DNA of 64,000 bases from Rhodosorus marinus CCMP1338 (GCA_029953675.1 JAMWBK010000002.1:1-64000); one strand, 5' to 3'. Positions 33,010 through 45,042 are shown, numbered from the stretch's first letter. The notes: a model not told the origin generated them from the letters alone. Numbers and translations: made by a program.

Positions 33010-34115
33010 GGCTCTGCGGACCGGGGATCAATCGTATTGCGATTCCTCCTGTTTTTTTTAACCCTCACTCAAGCCATCTGAAATCCTATATACATCCCCA
33101 AAATCTACGCCAGACTATAATAGGGGAAAGGAAGCGCGTCGGTATGGAATCCAGCGTTGCGGTTGGAAAAACACGGATCCTCTAGCAGGCCCTAGCAGAA
33201 TGAATGTTTTAATCCGATAAACCCCCCCCACGAGGTCGGCAACTCGGCGTTCGTCATTTTCGCAGTCAGCAATAGGCAGAGGTTTTTCACGTTCGATTTC
33301 AAGACCAGATTGCCGTACGATGGGGTACAGCTCGCGATACAGCAGGTTCAGGATCCGTGTATGTTGGCGAGTGGGAGCTCCTTCGGGCAGCTAGCGAGCA
33401 AGTGAGCTCCAAAATCCGCGGGAGCTTCGTAGCTGGAGGCTTAGAGGGCATGGCGAGCCCCTCTCGGAGGGCCATGGAAGAGCGGGCTATTCATAAAAAT
33501 AATTATATGCAAATATATATGCATCTATATAGCACACTCTGATGCATGAAGAATTCTCTGCAAACCTTTTTGCGCATCCGCATCTTGGGACGAGATCACT
33601 ACTGCAATAAATCAGATGGCACCTCGCCATGCGGAATTGGAACCTTTTGTTACTGAACGATTCGCTACGGTCAAATCAAGGGATCGTTCACGCCCGCACT
33701 CTATGTCTCTATGTCCTGACAACACTTTTCCCTGGCACATTTAGCTTTGCTGATTTTAACCGTTAGAAAGAATCGGATCCCCTGACCTTCGAGGCTCCTT
33801 TATCTTTGGTTTGTTTTGCGGAATCTCTAGCCCCACACTGGCTGAAGCGAGGCAACGCGAAGGCCCAAACAGTGTAAACAGTGAAGGAATGCACACAGGC
33901 GGGAAATGGACCTTGAAACATGGAAAGTCGGCAAAAATCGAACAGCCCTCGTGCCCACCGCCAAATCCACCCATGCTCGTCGAAATTGCACAACTCTACT
34001 CAAGAGAATAAGTAAGCCTCTTGTTAATGCTCAGTGAAGTCGAGAGCGGAGTCTTGGTAGATTCGGGGGTTTGTAGGAGAAAGAAGTTGGACACGGAGAC
34101 AGGGGTTGAGGAGGG

Positions 34116-35907
34116 ATGGGGTCTTGCGCACTTGTAGCATTCGTACTGGCCGCGGTCCTTGCTGTCGTTCAATGTCAGGACTGCTCTAGTGATCCACGAA
34201 GCGGAGCGTTTGAATATTCAGAGTTTTGTAGACCACTCCGTGACAGGAATGGGGTCCGATATGGTGAAGTGTGTGCGGACACAAAGTTAAACGACAATAT
34301 TGTGGCCGAGTTCCCCCCGAGCTGTATGAGACTCAAGTTCAGAGCTGATGAAGGATATCAACTCAATAAGCTGCGAGGAGGGGCGCACTTTGGTGAGCCT
34401 CCTGAAAAGCAGGATAGATTTACGTCCTACCGGGACATCGATAGTTGGAAGTCATTAAATTGGATAGTAGACCCGGTCACGGTAGCCAGGATTCTCATCT
34501 GTCCGGAGGAATTAGCCGGAATGTCTGAGTGCTGCGGAGGAACTGTCAATGCAGTCGCGTACGCCATAGTCAGTTCAATCCCCGATGGTGAGGAAATCCG
34601 TGCTTTTCTCGGTGCCAACGAAGATACGGACGACCTATGTACGACACGAGAGGCAGACAACACGACCTCCTGTACCGTTGAGATTCAGTGTGAGGCTTGC
34701 GCAGGGGATCAGTGCCGAGGGTTAGGGGGTGTTTGTTCGGCGATTGACGACTTTCTCTGCCCCGCTGCAAGGGTATGTCGTTCTTTAATGCGCTAAACGT
34801 TTAGAACGAATCACGGAGGCCTTGAGTCCATCAGGACTGGTTTTCCTTCAGAAAAACGCGCTTGGGGTTATTCCATGCTTTACAATCGGAGGGATAGTGA
34901 GCGTGTTGCAAACGGCTGACAAGTTGCACCAACCTCTCTGACGTGATAGGTACCATACCTTCCAGAAGGTGATGAGTTCTGCGCATGTTGTGGAGAGGAC
35001 TCGTGCTTGGATGGCTTCGACTGCGTTGGACTTGACGAACCTGTTTGCCCGGGCGCTTCCGTAAGTACTAGTCCACCTTCTGAATCAGCCTCTCCTTCCC
35101 TGGGACATTGCAAACAAGCTGAGACGAGACCGTCCCCGGGTCTAACAACGCCAGGTGCTGCTTAATCAAGACGGGGCATGTACTTGCGCGTGCGTGGCTG
35201 AGGGTACATGCTTTGCGGAGACAGAGAACGTCTGCGTCACTTATTATGCATATGGGCTATTGAATTGCGACGGCGCGACTGAGCCCTTCAGAGACGAAAA
35301 TGGTTTCTGTGCTTGCGGATGCACGGCTACGGATACATGCGTTTTGGAGGGCTCTACCGACTGTATTAAAACTGCGGAATTCAACTGTTCTGATTCCGCA
35401 GAGGTAAGTTCCGATAAACCCCTGATTGGAAATGCCGCGAACGAAGATTTGTAAACCATTTGCAGCTGGCTTACTTCGTCCCGGCTGTACGTCTTATAAC
35501 TGCGTTCTCCATGGTAGGATCCCGTCAGAGCTGATGACGGAACATGCTCTTGTGAGATCCAGTGCCCGTTGGGTACCTGCTTTGTCGTGAACTTTGGGTG
35601 CATCAACACTGGAGGATCCTGCAACAACAACAGCGTAAGTCCAAGGAAAAGCTCAAGCTCCGTTTCCAGAACAATTCTGACAGAAGAGTGCATCCCTTTC
35701 TACTTGGACCTCGCGGGCATCTGTGCGTCTACTAACCTCGTCTAGGCTGGATTTTCGGGCTTTCTGGGAAGAGGTGCGGACGGGTTAATATGCGATTGCT
35801 GCAATCCGGCGACCTCGTGTATTGACGAACAGACTGACGTGTGTGTCCTCCTTAGCGAATTTGCTTGCCCAAGCCCATCTGTACGTGATGAACCTCCGAC
35901 TTTATGA
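34116..35907 (+). CDS. Spliced secreted Cys-rich modular protein (5 predicted exons)
   Basis: Signal peptide MGSCALVAFVLAAVLAVVQC. Predicted exons 34116-34772, 34950-35060, 35155-35403, 35518-35634 and 35746-35907 (or a further donor GTACGT at 35881). Introns start GTATGT/GTAAGT and end YAG, with CTGAC/CTAAC 7-9 nt upstream in three of four. All are phase 0 and keep the frame open. Confidence 0.8.
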
Positions 35908-36496
35908 CACTCCTGCTCACGATTTTGCTCTCGTTGTGGACGCACTTTTCTTCCACCTTCGACGAGAACGGACTCAGCCCTTTTTCTTCCTATCCCTCTG
36001 CCTTAGGTTGTATTCGCCGGGAACGGAGGATCCTGCACGTGCGCTCTGCCTTAGGTTGCATTCGCCGGGAACGGAGGATCCTGCACGTGCCCCTCGTAAA
36101 ACTTCACTTGGCAGCTGCCTACTGCAGACTAGCGTTTACGACTAGCGTAAAACTGTACGTTCTACGTATGCGGAAACACTCCAAAACAATGCAGTTGGTT
36201 TCGTAGGTAGATCAAGAAAGCCGTGGAGTGTATTTCTTCACCCGTAGGAGCTACTAAAGTGACTTCCATTTGCACAAGAAGATACAAGTGTGTTCAAGGG
36301 GCCCCTATTGCTACAAGAAAGCATCCGAGATAGAGACTTGTTTAGAGATGAGAGAGTTTGTCCTAAACAAGAACAACACAGCCAACACATGGCATTGGCT
36401 ATGGTTGCCATTTCAATCCGATAAAAAGTCAACCGATTGCTTGCTGTAAGTATGGGACCTGAATGTCGTAATACATGTGTAACTGTAGTCTTTGCA

Positions 36497-36895
36497 GTAA
36501 CCGTAAGCTTTACTGGGCAGCTGCCTACTGCAGCGCAACACTACGTCTCATCCTATCTAGGGTGAAACTTACGGGAACCCCGCTACCGGGGTCTCATGCT
36601 ACGTTCAAAAGAAAAAACAGGCACCAGCGGATTCTCCAGCTGGTCCACGCGCAAAGCGCCTAATGCTATCTCTGCGTTACCTCGCCATAGTTGCCGGTTT
36701 ATCTGGGATCTCACGTCTCTCAGCTCCTCACTCCTGTGCAGCAGGTGTTTGCAGCTGTCCCGGAGGAACTCTTGTGCCATTTGCCCCGTACGCCCAAACG
36801 TCTCTATCGCTATCGGGATGAACTTATCATCCGGTTTCTCGATCACCATCGCTTCTTTGTAGTGAGCGATTTTCCACTTCTCCGCAGCCCTCGCC
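36497..36895 (-). mobile_element. Family A 3' fragment
   Basis: ...ERSMRPR* and the full 3' UTR on the minus strand, ending in GTAACCGTAAGCTTTACT (reverse complement). Confidence 0.9.
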
Positions 36896-37203
36896 GGACT
36901 AGCGTAACACCAGACTTATATCACCGCCGCTTAATCCTCTGGCAGTCAACCTTGCAAGTTGTGGAATCGATACACTAGAGTTATATCGCCGCCGCTTCAT
37001 ACTGTGCCATCCACGTATCCTGGTCGTCGGACCGTGATTGATGTCCAACTCGACCAAGAAAAAGCCGTTTCGTACAGAAAATACGGAATAGATAGCGACT
37101 TGGTCAAGCCGCTTGATATTGACTGAACTTGCAATCCTTACAATTCTCGCTAGATTGAATGAATTTGCTAGATTTGGGCAAGGCAGGAGCGTACCCACAA
37201 ATC

Positions 37204-37231
37204 GGGGTTACGTTAGTCTGGGGTTACGTTA
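37204..37231 (+). repeat. Longest telomere-like tract, 1.75 units of GGGGTTACGTTAGTCT
   Basis: GGGGTTACGTTAGTCT-GGGGTTACGTTA. Other full or partial copies at 3558, 16185(rc), 16510, 16924, 20035, 20351, 22945, 29127, 29763(rc), 30131(rc), 45021(rc), 50491(rc), 58194, 58382, 58417 and 63245. Confidence 0.75.
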
Positions 37232-37399
37232 AGGGGGAGGTTGGGAAGAAGATGGACCTGCTTGTATGATTGAGAAACCAAGATAGAACACTTCGTGGAC
37301 CCCTGTTCTGTCGTATTCCGGACGAGTTTAAGGGCTGGGGCTTGGGGGGGGGTTAGCGCTGGGAAGGTTGTGTGAAAGTTTTTGCAGTGGGAACAAAGG

Positions 37400-37987
37400 A
37401 GGTTAGGGGAAAGGCAAGTTACTGTTAGATGCGCGTCGTTCGAGGTAACCCAGAAGGTTGTCTGGGTCCAGCGCCTGGCCAGTGTAAAGGCTTACTTGTC
37501 GATCGGCGTGTCGTTGTGTGAAGGATCCGAAAATCCCAGTCCGGAAAACTCCTCGGGAGATGGCACTTTGGAGAATCGGAATTGCATCTGGATGGCACAG
37601 CAGGCAGGCATGCGAGGCAATAAAGTCCACATGCACCACAAAAGAGCTGGGCATACCCAGTGCTCTGCAAAGAACCGTTGCAAAGTCCTCAGGGGCCACC
37701 TCATCCAGCCTTGGGGGTCGGACATTCCGTAGCGTCGCGAGGATTGGAGCAACATCGGGTCCCCAGCCAGACCCCCCGACCGTAGCGTGCAGTTGCCGCA
37801 GGGCAGCCTGCTGGGTCTGGGGTCCGGGGCGTCCAGAAGTTCTGGAACGAGCATCTCCTCCTCTCCCTGGTTCTTTCTGAGCTGCAAACTCGGCGAAGGT
37901 TGGCCTTGTAGGGCCCTCCCCGATGGCTGGGAATGCCTCCGCCTAGTGTCCTAGTTCCCGGACACCTGTCCGTCCCTGGGGCGCGGG
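37400..37987 (-). mobile_element. Family A ORF1 fragment, downstream part of an element split by LTR insertions
   Basis: Near-identical to 48810-49365. Its upstream continuation resumes after the LTR block at 39941 and 44286. Confidence 0.85.
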
Positions 37988-39634
37988 TGTGACGTAACCA
38001 CCTACCAGCAATGTCCGGCTATGCAAAATTATGCTCGGGCTGTGCCAAAATCTCTGGAGGTGCAACACCCTTTTGAGCTTAATAGTTATTGCACATCCCG
38101 ATGGAGCAAGAGTATAAGTACGATGGGCAAACTCGATATTTCCCAGGTTAGCTGGAGAGAAGAGAGACAAGATAGAGAAGAACAAGATAGAATTGGGATA
38201 TATTACCTAATTTGGGAGTAATTAGGGGGGAATAAAACACGAAATATGGAATAATTTGAGTAATACCCAGCTGGCAGTTTGAGATGTAAAATCTGGTCTC
38301 ATCGCATGATTGCGATTGAGGAACCGACCCGGAGCCAGAGAACTTGAAGGACCACGAAAATGAGCCCACAACCAAAAAACCTGAGAACCTGTTTTGCAGG
38401 CTACCGCGGACGATAGTCTCCGATCGAGATTCCAAGTTTACCGGGCTCTTTTGGCAGCAACTAATGAGGATGCTTAAGGTCAAGACTCACCTAAGTACGG
38501 CCTATCACCCGCAGACGGACGTACAAACAGAGCGGGTCAACCAAACCTTGGAGACTTACCTCCGGTGTAACAGTAGCCAAGCGTCATGGGACTCTGATCT
38601 TCCCATGGCGGAGTTGGTCTACAACACGCGGATTTCGGAGTCTACTAAGTATTCGCCCTTCGAACTTCTGTACGAACGAAACCCTGAGCAACCGGGATCC
38701 TTAATAGTACCACGTGCAGAAGAAGCTACCCCTACGCCTTTACCCGATGCAGCGGAAGTTCTTCTACAACATCAACACGACCAATACCTGGAGGCGCGGA
38801 ACAACATGCTTTACGCTAAGCAAATACAGAAGATGCGGTATGATGCGAGGCGGCGAAACCCTGACTTTACCCCCGACGAGCTGGTATTATTATCGACCAG
38901 AAACCTGCCGTTGCAAGACTCTAAACCGTTTCGACCGCGGTACATCGGCCCTTTTCGCATCAAACGGAAGATAAATGATGCCGCCTATACGTTAACGTTG
39001 CCAGCAGGGATGAAGATACATCCAACGTTCCACGTTTCCCTGCTGAAGAAATTTAGGGGAAACCCCAACAACGTTCAACTCAACATACCCGATTTTGCAG
39101 CTGAAGTAACGGGAGGCGAAATCAAATCCGTACTTGGTCATCAGATGAAACCAGAGGGAACCAGCGAAGATATGGTATACTTCGAGGGGGAAACAGTAGC
39201 TAATGCTCGATGGATTGCAGCTCACCAGTTGCCACAAACCTCTGCTACAAAAAGGCAAATTCGCTACTACATGAACTTTCATCGTGCTGCTGAATCTGCC
39301 CGACCCCGCGTTTCTTCTTCGGTGGGTGCCATGTGACGTCTCCACCTTCCAGCAATGTCCGGCTATGCAAAATTATGCTCGGACTGTGCCAAAATCTCTG
39401 GAGGTGCAACACCCTTTTGAGCTTAATAGTTATTGCACATCCCGATGGAGCGAGAGTATAAATACGATGGGCAAACTCGATATTTCCCAGGTTAGCTGGA
39501 GAGAAGAGAGACAAGATAGAGAAGAACAAGATAGAATTGGGATATATTACCTAATTTGGGAGTAATTAGGGGGAATAAAACTCGAAATATGGAATAATTT
39601 GAGTAATACCCAGCTGGCAGTTTGAGATGTAAAA
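37988..39634 (+). mobile_element. Internally deleted Ty3/Gypsy (chromovirus-like) LTR element
   Basis: Direct ~303-bp LTRs at 37988-38291 and 39332-39634 (TGTGACGT...GATGTAAAA). PBS TGGTCTCATCGC at 38294-38305. Flanks GCGGG and GCAGG. Confidence 0.85.
38344..39336 (+). pseudogene. pol: Gypsy integrase C-half plus putative chromodomain
   Basis: IVSDRDSKFT, STAYHPQTDVQTERVNQTLE, RPRYIGPFRI, IHPTFHVSLLK, and a chromodomain-like IKSVLGH...RWI segment. Confidence 0.88.
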
Positions 39635-39639
39635 GCAGG

Positions 39640-39940
39640 TGTGACGTCCTGACATGACATCTGGCTAAACATATTGGTGAGCTAAAAATAACCACCATGG
39701 GTACAAAATATAGTAAGTCTATGATGCGCCCAGTCGGCAAGATATTGTATGGACAGGGCTAATAATAGTAGTCTAACATACCGAAGTCATGAACCCGAAG
39801 GCTATAAATACGGAAGTTACGAGCTTCCTCCTTAAGATTAGAGTAGAGGGAGGTATCCAAGATAGAGAAAAGATAAAAACATAAAAAGGGATTTGAAAGC
39901 TATTTTGGCTCAAAGACACACGTTAACGCGGAACGTGTCA
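39640..39940 (+). mobile_element. Solo LTR of a second family with a 5-bp TSD
   Basis: TGTGACGTCC...GAACGTGTCA (TG...CA), flanked by GCAGG at 39635-39639 and 39941-39945. Duplicated at 43990-44285; related fragment at 58094-58175. Confidence 0.85.
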
Positions 39941-40043
39941 GCAGGGAGCCGGGTTCCTAAATCATGGACGTCATAAGTTCTTGGCAGGACCGTTACGAAC
40001 GAATGGTTTAATGGGTTTCGGGGCCGAGGTGGTTGCCTACGGC

Positions 40044-40139
40044 CTCTACTACGAATTCTGCACCATCTCCGCATGATCGCGGGATCTCCCGCGGGATCTC
40101 CCGCGATCATGCGGAGATGGTGCAGAATTCGTAGTAGAG
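40044..40139. repeat. 96-bp near-perfect palindrome within family A ORF1 sequence
   Basis: 41-bp perfect arms (40044-40084 and 40099-40139) with a largely self-complementary centre. Confidence 0.9.
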
Positions 40140-40469
40140 ATCATGCGCTGTTGGAATTTTCAAGGATTCCCAACCTTGACCAAAGTCCCGTCAGCCAAAC
40201 TTCGATGGTTTCTTTATTGTTTTCCCTGACCCTTGCGTTCGATATCTACCACTTAAGTATCCTACTATACTGTGGGGAAGATCGATACCTTGTACTGTTC
40301 AAACTACTTCACATGTTTGAACCTCTACATGGTTTGTCTACCGTATACTGTTCGCACATCGGTCCTACCGTATATGTGACCGTGTGTGAATCACCCTCCT
40401 AGATGCTGAGAGCGTATCGTCACCGTTCATCGCGTGACCGTTTCAACACTCCCTCTCGCTCTCATGCCA

Positions 40470-42257
40470 CTAGGATGGTCGATCTACAACACCCAGGCCA
40501 GGTGTAAGGGCCATCATCCTTTCCTTCGTGAGCGCCTTGGTTAGCATATCTGCTGTCATCTCATCGGTGCTCAGATACCTTAGCTGCACTTCTTCCGATG
40601 TGCATCTCTCACGGGCGTATTGCAGCTTAACAGATACGTGACGCGACATCCTGCTATCTTCAGATGTCGCCCATCGCAAACACGACACGTTGTCTGTGTA
40701 CGCCACCAATGGCATGCTTGTATTCCTCCCGGTCTCAGTGATGAGCTCCTGAACCCACCGTTAGGTCGTCAACATATCCCCTAACGCCTGGTATTCTGCT
40801 TCCGCCGTCGACTGAGCAACGGCCCTCTGCTTCCACGACCTATACGCCACCGGCGATCCGTTGATCATTATCAGTGACCCTGTAGTGCTCTTGCTGTCTT
40901 CGTGGCTTGCCCAGCTCGCGTCTGAATATCCGGTAACTTGATATCTGAATCCCCCCTGTTCGCCATCCTGCGGCGGTTCTTCGCCATCTGGAGCTACTTT
41001 CGAAACACCGCCCAATTTCATGACTTTGCCTTGTGTTCCCGCCAAATATCTCAGGATCCGCCGCGCTCTTTCAAAATCTCCAAGTCGATAATCTGACATT
41101 TTTCGCGCGATCTGGCCAACTGCAAAACTTATATCTGGTCGCGTTCTGGTACTTAGGAAAAGGAGGGATCCAGTTAGCTCCTGAAATGGTGATGTGGTCA
41201 TTTCCATCGATGTCTCTTTAGTAGAAGGTGTGACGGTGCATGGCGTGGATATGGTGCGGCAGCCCTTCAATCCGTATGTCGTGGTAAGTTTACGGATGTA
41301 ATCTCCGTGCGAGAGGTAGATTTCCTGTTTCCTCCTGTCTCGCTCGATTCTCACACCAAGGAAATCTCGTGCCTCTCCTAGGTGTTTGATGTCGTATAAG
41401 TTGGACAACATCAGCTTCGCCGTCTCCACCTCCGTACGGCTCCCGATGATTAGCATATCATCCACGTATACCGCGATCAGGCACTTCTCTCTGCGGTAGA
41501 CGCAACTCTCGGTACGTAGTTTATGAAATCCTTCTGCGACGAGGTCTTTGATGAGCTTCTTGTGCCATTCTCTTCCCGCTTGTTTCAAACCGTATATACT
41601 TCTTCGTAGGCGGCACACGTGCTCCGCTCTTCCCGGCTCCTCCAGGCCTCGCGGTTGCATCATATAGAGGTCCTCGTTCAAACTCGCGTTCAGGTACGCT
41701 GTTTTCACATCAGCTTGCTCCACTTCGAGATTTTCCACAGCTGCTATAGTCAGGAGCACTCGAACGCTGGAGAAGTCGACTGTAGGAGCGAATACCTCCT
41801 CATAGTCGATCCCTTGTCTTTGTGCGAAACCTCTCGCAACAAGTCGAGCCTTGAAACGTTGGACTGATCCATCTCCGTTTCTTTCCACCTTGAGAATCAG
41901 TCTAGACCCTAGTATTCTCGCAGACTTAGGGACCTCTTCCCGTGGTATCAGTTCCCACGTTTGATTTGCTGGTAGTGAGCCGAGCTCCTCCGATGCGGCG
42001 CGCTTCCAATCTTCCGCGTATGCTCCATTCATCGCCTCACTCCATGATTCCGGATCTGGTACGTCATATAGCGAATCTCCTTTGCGCATCAAGTTCACGG
42101 ACACCTCTCTCTGGTTCCGTTGCTCCCTTTCAAGTCCGTTGACACTCATCTCCTTTGCAGGGAAAACGTTCTCAAACACCCGCCAGTGTCGTGATTCCCT
42201 GAATCCACCATTCGCGGGGTCGTAGATGCGTGCCACATGGGATTCTCGAACACACAT
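40470..42257 (-). pseudogene. pol: Copia reverse transcriptase and RNase H
   Basis: RFKARLVARGFAQRQGIDYEEVFAPT, QADVKTAYLNA, LRRSIYGLKQA, IAVYVDDML, GYSDASWA, QSTAEAEY, ADMLTKAL. A stop at ~40761 splits the RNase H. Confidence 0.93.
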
Positions 42258-43461
42258 GAGGATCCCCTTGGCCTACCGGCTCTCCAAATTCCCCAGCTTT
42301 AAAAACTTGGATACCGTCCTTTTCTATGGTCAATGTTTTTCCATCTAAAGATCTAATGGAGAAACCGTTTTCCATTAATCTACTAAGACTGACTACATTC
42401 AATGAGCCGCCTGGAAGGTAGATAGTGTCCTTCAGCGACAACATATCTCCTTTTAGCGTCTTCAGATCGACCGTACCCATCTTGCCGAGTGTCTTCGTTG
42501 TCCCGTCCCGGAATGTGACGTCACTGTCAACCATCCTTGTGGGACCTGAGAATGCACTCTCCGAAGTGCAGATGTGATCCGTTGCCCCAGAGTCCAGCAC
42601 GAACCTCGCTGGAGCTCTGACCGCCGTCATTCCTGCGTGGAATCTTCGCGGTTCCGGCCTATTTTCCTCCTTGTCCTGCTCTTCAGGACAGTTGGCTCGG
42701 ATGTGTCCGGGTTTCTTGCACCCGTAACACAGAAATCCCCTGGGGGTCTTCTTCTTCTTCTTCTTCTGCACCGTTGTGACGTGGTGCGCGCTGGAATCCG
42801 TTTTAGGCTTGAATTGCTTGGATCCTCGAAGTCGGTCCAGCTCCTCGAAGTCATTACAGAAGCCCGTCCAGTCTAAAGTTTTATCCTTCGCCGCGTAGAA
42901 TAGGAACTCCGCGTACTCGTCGCCCCTCACCTCCAAAATCTTCCGGAGGACCCGACGTTTTTCTTCATCCGTGGGTGCCACGCCCGTTATCTCCCTGATC
43001 TCTGCAAACTGGGTTTGTAGCTAGTTCACCAGAGAGCGGGGCGACTCGTTGGTGTGCATCTCGCGCCGATACACCTTACCCCATACGCTGTCGGCCGTCT
43101 CGCGGGAGGAGGGCTCATATCTAGCCCGAAGCGCCGCCCATACTTGCTCTGGCGCTGCCTCTCTCGAAGAGGCAAAGGCTGTGTCCAGCGCCGGCCCATC
43201 CAGCACTCTGGAGAACACCGCGGAGACTTACTGTCTCTCCGCTTCCGTCGCGTCTATAGGGTTGTCGATTGCATCCCTAAGACCTTTGACGGTCAGGTAG
43301 CACTCTACCTGGTGTCTCCAGTTCCGGAAGGATAGGAACGAGTCCTGATCCCCGGTGAACACTGACGGTAGCGCGAAGTCCTTCAGGCGCGCGTCATGTT
43401 CTGCTACACTCCCCCTGGTCCTCGCCGCCATACTCTGAAAAACCCGATCTTTAAAAACCAA
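42172..43461 (-). pseudogene. gag: Copia gag (broken) with zinc knuckle and aspartic protease
   Basis: CYGCKKPGHIRANC (CCHC) and FVLDSGATDHIC (protease). Stops or frameshifts in the gag N-terminus. Confidence 0.88.
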
Positions 43462-43858
43462 TCCTTAAAGAATAAACGCTTCTCTCTCGGAATCGCACCA
43501 AGCAATATCCTTAAGTTGCACCAAGCAACGTCTTAAATCGCACCGAGCGATGAGACCATGTTGGAATTTTCAAGGATTCCCAACCTTGACCAAAGTCCCG
43601 TCAGCCAAACTTCGATGGTTTCTTTATTGTTTTCCCTGACCCTTGCGTTCGATATCTACCACTTAAGTATCCTACTATACTGTGGGGAAGATCGATACCT
43701 TGTACTGTTAAAACTACTTCAAATGTTTGAACCTCTACATGGTTTGTCTACCGTATACTGTTCGCACATCGGTCCTACCGTATATGTGACCGTGTGTGAA
43801 TCACCCTCCTAGATGCTGAGAGCGTATCGTCACCGTTCATCGCGTGACCGTTTCAACA

Positions 43859-44572
43859 GAGAAGAACAGAATTGGTAGATATGGATTGGTGTATATTACC
43901 TAATTTGGGAGTAATTAGGGGGGAATAAAACTCGAAATATGGAATAATTTGAGTAATACCCAGCTGGCAGTTTGAGATGTAAAAGCAGGTGTGACGTCCT
44001 GACATGACATCTGGCTAAACATATTGGTGAGCTAAAAATAACCACCATGGGTACAAAATATAGTAAGTCTATGATGCGCCCAGTGGGCAAGATATTGTAT
44101 GGACAGGGCTAATAATATTAGTCTAACATACCGAAGTCATGAACCCGAAGGCTATAAATACGGAAGTTACGAGCTTCCTCCTTAAGATTGAGTAGAGGTA
44201 TCCAAGATAGAGAAAAGATAAAAACATAGAAAGGGATTTGAAAGCTATTTTGGATCAAAGACACACGTTAACGCGGAACGTGTCAGCAGGGAGCCGGGTT
44301 CCTAAATCATGGACGTCATAAGTTCCTGGCAGACGACCGTTACGAACGAATGGTTTAACGGGTTTCGGGGCCGAGGTGGTTGCCTACGGCCTCTACTACG
44401 AATTCTGCACCATCTCCGCATGATCGCGGGAACTCCAGAGATCCCTCCAGAGATCCCTCCAGAGATCCCGCGATCATGCGGAGATGGTGCAGAATTCGTA
44501 GTAGAGATCATGCGGAGATGGTGCAGAATTCGTAGTAGAGATCATGCGGAGATGGTGCAGAATTCGTAGTAG
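43859..44572. repeat. Direct duplication of the ~39510-40148 block (LTR1 end + GCAGG + solo LTR2 + family A segment + hairpin), with expanded 34-bp repeats
   Basis: Same sequence order on both sides of the Copia element. Here the hairpin loop has 3x CTCCAGAGATCC and the right arm is followed by two more 34-bp units. Confidence 0.85.
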
Positions 44573-45020
44573 CGGCTCCACCTTCCCACATACCCGGTTT
44601 CCGGGACAACTCCGTAAGGCGTCCGGTGACGCCTTGCAGCTCTTGCGAGCTGTTGACCCTCGAGTACAGTTGAAAAACGGCTTTGTAGAAGTCTGTAATT
44701 TCGGACGCAGCGATGCCCAGGTCCTGGTAGCATCTGTCGAAGCTACGCAGTTGATGCAAGAATGTGGCTGCCGGGTCGGTTGCGGCTGCAGACTCGGTCC
44801 GCGTTCTCGCTTGAACATCGCCTGCTTGTGGTTCCTTCGGTGCCTCCTGCACGTCGCCATCAGACTGGTGCTGGTGCCTTTGCAAAACTTCCCGGGTGCC
44901 CGAGGGGTCCGGGCCCTGAATGACAAGCGGTTCGGGGTACGGCCGGCGTACCTCCCTCACAATCATCTTCAGACTCTCTTACGAACTTTTCCTTTTGTCT
45001 TCCTTACGAACTTTTCCTTT
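44286..45020 (-). mobile_element. 5' end and ORF1 N-terminus of a family A element
   Basis: MIVREVRRPYPEPLVIQGP... near-identical to 49360-49960. Begins right after the motif tract at 45021-45048. Confidence 0.88.
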
Positions 45021-45042
45021 AACCCCAGACCCCCAGACTAAT

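Larger units (their letters stand above)
40149..43858 (-). mobile_element. Ty1/Copia LTR retrotransposon lacking the integrase core
   Basis: 300-bp LTRs at 40149-40448 and 43559-43858 (TG...CA; two differences seen). PBS TGGTCTCATCGC (rc 43547-43558). PPT next to the 3' LTR. No matching TSD. Confidence 0.93.

Noticed and set aside
32572-33068. RNEQNNCPCGS resembling a SEC-C zinc motif in a duplicated segment
   Set aside because: It lacks the downstream KKYKxCC part, lies in short frames within a simple tandem duplication and is probably coincidental.
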